From the human T2T-CHM13v2.0 reference genome, Homo sapiens, in assembly GCF_009914755.1 (NCBI RefSeq), contig NC_060930.1: a stretch of 64,000 nt of DNA, one strand, 5' to 3'. The notes under the pieces are model-generated. The model did not search any database. It was not told where the DNA came from and was given only the letters and a program-made list of their open reading frames with translations. The translations under genes were made by a program, and so were the position numbers. Positions 56,061-64,000 of the stretch are shown in pieces. Position 1 is the stretch's first letter; every line of letters begins with the position of its first letter.

Positions 56061-57414
56061 TGTGTCTGGAATTGGTGGGTTCTTGGTCTTGCTGACTTCA
56101 GGAATGAAACCGCAGACCCTCGTGGTGAGTCTTACAGTTCTCAAAGAAGGTGTGTCTGGGGTTTTTTCCTTCAGATGTTCAGATGTGTCCAGAGTTCCTT
56201 TCTTCTGGTGGGTTCGTGGTCTCCCTGACTTCAGGAGTGAAGCTGCAGATCTTCATGGTGAGTGTTACAGCTCATTAAGGCAGTGCACAGACCCAAAGAG
56301 TGAGCAACAACAACATTTATTGCAAAGAGCAAAAGAACAAAGCTTCCACAGCATGGAAGGGGACCCAGGTTGCCTCTGCTGGTGTGGGTAGCCTGCTTTT
56401 AGTCCCTTATCCGGCCCCATCCACATCCTGCTTATTGGTCCATTTTACAGAGAGCTGATTGGTCCATTTTACAGAGAGCTGATTGGTCCATTTTTACAGA
56501 GTGCTGATTGGTGCGTTTACAATCCCTGAGCTAGACGCAGAGTGCTCATTGGTGCATTTACAATCCTCTAGCTAGACATGAAAGTTCTCCAAGTCCCCAC
56601 TAGATGAGCTGGACACAGAGCACTGATTGGTGCATTTACAAATCTTTAGCTAGACACAGAGTGCTGATTGGTGCATTTGCAATCCTCTAGCTAGACATAA
56701 AAGTTCTCCAAGTCCCCACCAGATTAGCTAGATATAGAGTGCTGATTGGTGCATATACAATCCTCCAGCTAGACATTGAAGTTCTCCAAAACCCCACCCA
56801 ACTCAGGAGCCCAGCTAGCTTTGCCTAGTGGATCCTGGGCCTGTCCCCGGGGAGCTGCCTGACAGTCCTGAGCCATGCGCCCACACATCTCAGCCCTTGG
56901 GCGGTGGATAGGACCAGGCGCCATGCAGCAGGGGGTGGTGCCCATTGGGGAGGCTGCAGGGGAGCCCACCGGGGGTGGGGGCCCAGGCATGGCAGGCTGC
57001 AGGTCCCGAGCCCTGCCCCGGGGGGAGGCAAGTGAGGCTCGGTGAGAATTCCAGCACGGCGTGGCGGGCCGGCAGTGCTGGGGGACTGGGGCACCCTCCA
57101 CAGCTGCTGGCCCAGGTGCTAAGCCCCTCATTGCCTGGGGCTGGCAGCTGCTCTGAGTGCGGGGCTTGCCGAGGCACGCCCACCTGGAACTGGCACTGGC
57201 CTGCGAGCACCGTGCACAGCCTCGATTCCCGCCAGCGCCTCTACCTCCACACCTCCCCGCAAGCAGAGGGAGCCGGCTCCGGCCTCGGCCAGCCCAGAGA
57301 GGGGCTCCCATAGTGCAGCAGTGGGCTGAAGGGCTCAAGTGCATCCAGAGTGGACACCGAGGCTGAGGAGGCACCGAGAGCGAGTGAGGGCTGCTAGCAA
57401 GTTGTCACCTCTCA
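56061..57414 (-). mobile_element. LTR12-family (ERV9) solo LTR
   Basis: Minus-strand termini TGAGAGGTGACAAC...CCACCAATTCCAGACACA; tandem CCAAT-containing U3 repeats; GC-rich 5' part; TSD ATAT/ATAC. Confidence 0.95.
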
Positions 57415-57778
57415 ATACGACTCAGTTTAGAATAGAATTTAGAGAACAGTGGATTGTTAAACTGTTGAAATTATCTTACTTTTTATATGTCTCATTAATA
57501 ATTATGTGAATATTGGTTATTGCCCAATTTGGGGATGCCCTGGGGCCCCTGTTATAGTTCACTGTAGGGTGATTTCTATTGAGTGAAGGAGGTACACTGT
57601 GGGCTGCCAGACAGACACCAACATCCTTTGGTGCTTGGGAGGGAAGAGCGCATCATGCCTCTCATCTGGAGTTTAATCTTCAGACTTATCAAAATTCTTA
57701 CTCTTCTTCCTATGTGCGATTTGTGACTGTAGTTATATTGGTGTTGGTGTCTAAGTAGGAAAAAAAAGAACTTGTAAA

Positions 57779-58090
57779 GGCTGGGTCTGGTGGCTAACTC
57801 CTGTAATGCCAGTGCTTTCGGAGGCCTAGTCAGGAGGATTGCCTGAGATCAGGAGCTTGAGTCCAGCCTGTGCAACATAGTTAGACCCCCATCTTTACAG
57901 AAATAAATAAATAAATAAATAAATAATAAAAGTTGGGCATGGTTGCCCATGCCTGTAGTCCCAGCTACTTGGGAGGCTGAAGTGGGATCTGAATTTGAAT
58001 CTGCAATGAGCTATGATTGCACCACTGCACTCCAGCCTGGGTGAAAGAGCATGACCCTGCCTCTCAAACAAACAAACAAACAAACAAAAC
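57779..58090 (+). mobile_element. AluJ-like with internal deletion and (CAAA)n tail
   Basis: Diverged Alu with (AAAT)n linker. Confidence 0.88.
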
Positions 58091-61000
58091 CCTCTTTTTC
58101 TTGGAAGCATCTTCTTGAGAGACAGAATCCAGAAGTCATTGAATGATTTAAGCAAAAGTGTTATTTCAGTAGTTCCTGGTGGATGAAGGTAGATGACTGG
58201 CAATTTGCTTTTCATAGGCCCCTGTTTTTTGTTTGTTTGTTTGTTTGCCTGTGCAATATATTTGTAGAAGGCATCTCTTTCAGGGCAAATAAACATGCCA
58301 GCCTTCCTAAAAATGGTCATTGGTATTACTGGGTGGCTGATCCCCAGAAACGCCAAATTTCCTTATTATTTGAAACAGCTTGCATGGAATAAAAACCACC
58401 CACTCTCTCACTTGTGTTTTTGGGGCGATCGTTCCAAGGGAGGGGTTTCGTTTTCCAAGCTGAGGGCCTCCTCCTGTCAGGAAGAGGTAGATGGTGTATG
58501 AGACTTCTGAAGCTGTTTGAGCAGCAGTGGAGGCTGTAAATATGTAGTCGTGTACCGCTTACACACTCACACTCACTTCCTATCATAAAGCTATTGGCTT
58601 GGGACTGAAAGTGAGAATCCCACTTTCCACTCCACAAAGAGACCTAAAATTTACACTCACTTCTGTGGATTTTTGTTTTCATCCTAATTTTCCTCTTTTC
58701 AGGGTAAAATCTGAAAAGACAGAAATGAAGATAACACACCACAGACCATGGAAATCAGGAGATAATTTTAACTTTCCTTCCATTCTCTGAAAAAAAATAC
58801 ACACATAAATAAAAATACACATATGTACATACATACACATATACATAAAGTGTAGCTGAGAGATCCCTTAACAGGGATGCCCTTAACTTTTTTCTGCCAG
58901 GACTGTGACAGTGTTTATGATGACCAGTCACTGAAAGGATAAAAGCTTTTGATTTGCCTGAACTATTTTTTTCCTGGACACATCAGGTTCTAAAGGCTTT
59001 GTGGAGCAACAAATAGAAACAGATAACCTTGCTCTTGCATTATTATGATCATCTCTGTAATCCAGTTTTGAGCTCTTTGGAGATTCTTGTAAACAGAAGT
59101 TTCATCTGAAATGGCTGCTGTTAAGGTTCCTACTTATCATGTAGTGCATATTTTATTTTTAAAACAATTCCATTGTGTATCAGCATAATAGATGGAATTT
59201 TAAAATGATTTTCCAGTAATAGGAGATGTATTATTTTTTGATGGGTGTGTACATATTAAAGTGATAAGGACTTCACATAGTTTTTTAAAGTTATTTTTAT
59301 TTTTATTTTTTATAACCCTTTGACCATTTGGAGCTGGCAAATACTATTGGGGTGAGCTAATCACTCTCATTCCTTTTGCTTGGTCACACAGTGTGAACCA
59401 CATCAGACGGTGACCATTCTGCCCCTTCTAGAATTCCTGGGAAGGTCAGACCACAGTCTCCTTTAATGATTCATCCACTCTTGTGCTCAACAAACCAGAC
59501 TGCTGGAATTTCTTATTATATATACCTTGAAGCTTGAACTTACCCCATATCTTTTTTCCCTTGTTTTCCACAGTTTGAGAACCTACTTACTCTAACACTT
59601 CTTTACATACTTAAAGGTTGTTCTCAAATTTTATTGCTATGATTAAATTTTTTAATAACAATTTTTAAGGTAAGCAATCTTAAGCATTTCGACATTTTTG
59701 TATGTTTTACTTTCCACTTACTCTATCTTGTGTCTATTTCAGTATATGATTAATAATCATAATAGAAATTATTACAAAGCTTCATAGTTTGCAAGGCACT
59801 TTCCCATTCATGTTCTCTTTCATTTGATCCTTCCAAAAACCTTGTGATACACAGGGAGATGATATGTTCATTTGGTCAGGCCAGAAAGGAAAGAATCTGG
59901 AAGGAAGGTGAAGTTATTCTGATGTGAAATGAAGACTCTTACAGAGAAGGAGATAGATATGAGAGCATGAGATAGTGCTACAATTCTGTATTTCTTTTGC
60001 CAAGCAATATAGGAGAGATGTATGTGCCTAGGGTAGTTTCCCTTTTCGGATCCACTAATTTTCATATCAAAATCAAAGCCCCTCATTTTGGCAGGCTCTT
60101 CTAGTTGGGTGGACACTAAATTCCACTGTAATTGAGTTGGTGCACGAATGTACAGCATGCTGCGTGTACACACGCAGATCTTTATAAATGAAGTGAGTTG
60201 GTTACCCACATTGTGGCTACTTAGGTACTCTTCATTCTCCCCTCCAATTTGTTTCCCTCCCATTTTCTGTCCAGTACCTCTTTCACTAGGTGGGTAGGGA
60301 GAGCGCGGAGTTCAGACACGTCGTTATATTAAGATCTCTGGGATAAAGTTGGCTCACAAAATGTTGAAGTCACCTCCATTTAGGTAAACCTCTGATAAAT
60401 CATTTCTCCATTATTCTTTTCTAAGCAATGCTGAATATGATTTAAAAGCTGAATGCTTTATGTTGTATTAAAAATAAGAATTACTTGCAAAGGTTCTCAC
60501 TAAAGAATGAACAGATAAACTCAGTCCCTGAATGTTTAAAACCCTAGAACTTCTTTATGTCATGATGAGACCAGGTTGCAAAACAGAAGTTCAGGTCTTG
60601 TTTCCACAGTGAGTTGACTGGCAGATGATGGGTTGTGCTTTGAGCTTGCTGGGGACTGTCTGCTTGTCTCCAGCTGGAGGAACAAGAAAGTCTAACAGGC
60701 TATTAGAGTTTTTGTGTTAGATACCCAATGGCAAAAATTTCCCCCAGTCCCCAGTCCCACAAAGAAAACAACCCCGTTTTGAAATTGGAAACTTTGAAGG
60801 AAGATTTATGCACCTTTGGGTTTATGAAACCCGAAAGCACCATCTGGTGCTTTGGAGTTTGCAGGCTGGTTGCTTTGACAGACCTAAGTTTGGACCAGCC
60901 CCCATCCCCTCTTCTAGAATTCAGTCTCTACATTGATACCAAAAAGGCTAGTCTTCTAAACTTATTGGATGACTTGTAAAAATCAGTAGGATTTAGGATA

Positions 61001-63369
61001 GTATACCTGTGACTTTGAAAGGACAGTTTTATTGTTTGCTGCATGGCACATTAAGGAGTCCAGTTTGTGAATTCCGAGTCTCCACTCTGCTTAGCTTCCT
61101 TGCAGGAGCGCTGTGTAATTTTGGTTTTGTTTTGACAGTTGGTGACCTTTGACCCCTCTGAGTAAAATGTTTAGGCTGAGGAAGACTGAAAAGAGCTTTC
61201 AGATGGGATATTTCCAACCTCTTTCAAGCTACAGCAATCTTCCCCTCAGCACAGCAAACCCTTATATAGAAGTGGTTTCAGCCTCTCTACAACGTTCTGG
61301 TGGAACAAATCAGATCAAAGCCTTTCTTAATATGTTTGAAAAATGCACATCCGCATTGCAGAGCAAAAACATGTTATGGAAATCAATAATATCATATTCA
61401 GGCAGCCCTAACTTCAAAGTGAATCCTATGTGTGTTCTCAATTTCAAAAGAAAATGGAGAAAATGAGAACACGGTGCATAAGTTTTCTCTGCTTAATTCT
61501 ATTTGTAACTGAGCTGAGATCTCGAATGTCTCTTTACTGCTTTTTGATGGGTCCCTAAGGACTCTGGGCATAGGGAAATCTGCTTATTAATTGCCTGCAC
61601 CTGTGATAATCTTGAACACTTAGGTTCCAAGAGTGGCAAACTTTCTTCCACCTCATGCTTTGGAATGCAAATTATTTACATTTTATTGGAAAAGTAGCAT
61701 TTTAGGGGAGAATATAAAATGAGAAACACAAAGATAATGTAGATTAACCTTGCAGATTCTTTTATTGAAAATCGTTTTGTATTGATAGCTTTTTTTTCCA
61801 TTGTTAGTTACAATATTTGTTGAGGTCCCATTATATGGCTATCTGCCATTTTCCAAGGTACAGTATGATTATATATTTAAATTATAAAATGTTTTGAGGG
61901 TGGGACTGAATTTTTTAACACACTGAACATACTTTATGATAATATTAGAACACATAATTGTATGTGTAGTTTTATGCATTTAATTATTTAGTATATAATA
62001 TCAATACTTGACACGTGTGCCATGCATGCATATATCCTCTTATTTGCTGGGAAGTAAATATTAGCCATATTTTACTGGAAGGATTGTATAAAAATTAATT
62101 AACTGGCCTACTCTTCTTTTTTTCCTCTGTGCATCTTTCCTGCAATGGTGATGGTAAACTATAATATTGTGTTGTTCAGGTTCAGGATTTAAAACCCAAA
62201 AGGAGATGCCCAGGGACTGAATCTTGATATCCAATCTGTTTCTTAACTTTGCTGTTACCTGTTGGACATCATGTCAAAGGTCAGGCAATGCAATATGGTT
62301 CTTTCCACAGCAATGTCTCTTATTTTGCTTCTCAATATCTGATATATTTACTTGCTTACAACCTTTTTCCAACATAGTGTAAACATGTCAAAGTTTGTGT
62401 GATAGACTGAAATGAAACTGTTTAAATTGTGGGTTTTTAAATGATACTACACAGTCATTTGTTTAGAAAATGGGGAGACTCCAAGTTGACCAGATATGAT
62501 AGACTCAGATACTTGTCTAAATTGATCCTGGACCTGACTCATCTGGGACTGAAGTTTGGTTACCAGAACTGCCTTTCATTTCAACTTAAACTTCAAAAAT
62601 GCATCAAAGATTTTGATAAGCTTTCTTTGAGTTTACTTTTAGATAATTCCCCCAGATGTAGCTTATAGACTAAAGCATGCCTCTTGACTCGCTACAAAAG
62701 AAAATTTCATCCCCTGAAATGGTTCCTTCTTATGCTGCTCAGTAACTGGGGTTGTAAAGAGGCAGACTCACTTGGACTGCTTTCCTTTGGACCATGTTGG
62801 AATTGGTAGGAAAGAAAAGGTAAGCATTCTTAAATGAATACACAGAAGCTCAGGACCTTGGGGCCACTTTCACCGGCCCCTCCCTTTGTTATCCCTGTAT
62901 CCTAGCTGTCACCAGTTCTCTCAGACTTTTCCTTAAAACAGCAGGAATTTTCATTTGACTTTCACGTCAAGTGTTATAAAAATATTTCTGAGTTTTGAAA
63001 GAAGTATCAACTTCTGTTTTTCTAACTAGTAGCACCAAATAAACTCTGTCCTGGGGATTACTGCCCTTCAGTCTGCTGATTAGTTTGGTCAATGTTTGCC
63101 ATAGTTTTTTAGAAAGGCATGTTAAAAAAAAAATTACATGATGTAGAGTTAGATGAACCCTCAGAATCCTGACTCAGTGATTTATCTCTGAAATTGTGAT
63201 ATATACACCTTTGAGAGATCTCTCTCTCTCTCTCAAAAAAAAAATATATATAAAATCATATGTATGGCTATTGGGTTTTTAAGTACCTTTTATTTTTCAA
63301 CAAGAAAAAACAAAAACAAATTCTACCCAGTCTTTCAAGTTAGCACATTTGTCCTTTCTCCCAAATTCA

Positions 63370-63823
63370 TGAATCAAGTTCTAATTAGTGCCAATAAATC
63401 TGAAAAGGATTTTCTTTTAAAAAAAAAAAGAAAGAAAGAAATTTTATTCCAGCGAGGTTTGCAAATTGGGGAGATGTAGCCTTGGGTACAAAACAAAGGT
63501 GTGTTCCAAGAGAACAAAGAGGGTTTGTGTTGGGTTCCTGCCCAAGTTCCCACTCTGGTCCACTTTCTTAGCGGTGACTGGTTGGCATTTGTTGAATTCT
63601 GATTGGTTGATGCAGGTTGCACTCTAATGGCTGATTCAGGTGGTGTGGACAAGAATAGAAGGCAATGAAAGTCCTAAAGTTTAGTGAGTGTGGGGGTTAT
63701 CCAGAAACGCAGAGTGCATGTGTGACTTCTGGTCAGCAAATGGCTGCTTGGCACTGTTTTGAATTTAGGTCCAATTAGCCACTCAAGATCTATCTTGAAG
63801 GATTGGCTCCTTCAGGGTTCACA
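63370..63823 (-). mobile_element. ERV1-class solo LTR (family uncertain)
   Basis: Minus-strand start TGTGAACCCTGAAGGAGCCAATCCTTCAAG, CCAAT motifs and AATAAA near the other end; left boundary approximate. Confidence 0.55.
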
Positions 63824-64000
63824 TTTGTAAGCTCCAGACAAAGTTTGTTACTATTCCCTGACTGATTAAATGCTTCATCCTGGGGTCTTCTTCATTTGTT
63901 TTTTGACCGCTAAGTTTCACCAGTGCAAACCACAGATTGCTTCAAACCCATAACAAGAGTTTTCCATCCTTGACCTCTTGATCAGTGATTTGGGATTTTT

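Noticed and set aside
56430-56780. Regularly spaced repeats resembling a CRISPR array
   Set aside because: LTR12 U3 enhancer repeats; spacers are not unique, no cas genes, eukaryotic context
56769-57374. 201-aa ORF and CpG-island-like region
   Set aside because: GC-rich U3 of the LTR12; no recognisable protein

Overview
Primate (very likely human) genomic DNA containing the complete prolactin gene (PRL) on the minus strand. Five coding exons (35460-35433, 33060-32885, 31109-31002, 28817-28638, 26057-25866) join through GT-AG introns into a 684-nt ORF (227-aa preprolactin). The window also holds the pituitary Pit-1 promoter, the distal ERE/Pit-1 enhancer, and the extrapituitary (decidual/lymphoid) promoter and exon 1a, built from a MER39 LTR and a MER20 transposon about 5.8 kb upstream. 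The rest is non-coding and repeat-rich (Alu, L1, L2/MIR, DNA transposons, LTRs including a full-length MST element and a solo LTR12). I found no second protein-coding gene and no wholly new biological system. The most unusual sequence-level observations are a complex Alu insertion carrying a 95-bp inverted copy of DNA from 1.3 kb away, a PRL-oriented LTR12 with 8 CCAAT boxes, a second inverted MER20 in PRL intron 1, and several non-B DNA tracts. Repeat family names come from recalled consensus sequences, not from a RepeatMasker run.
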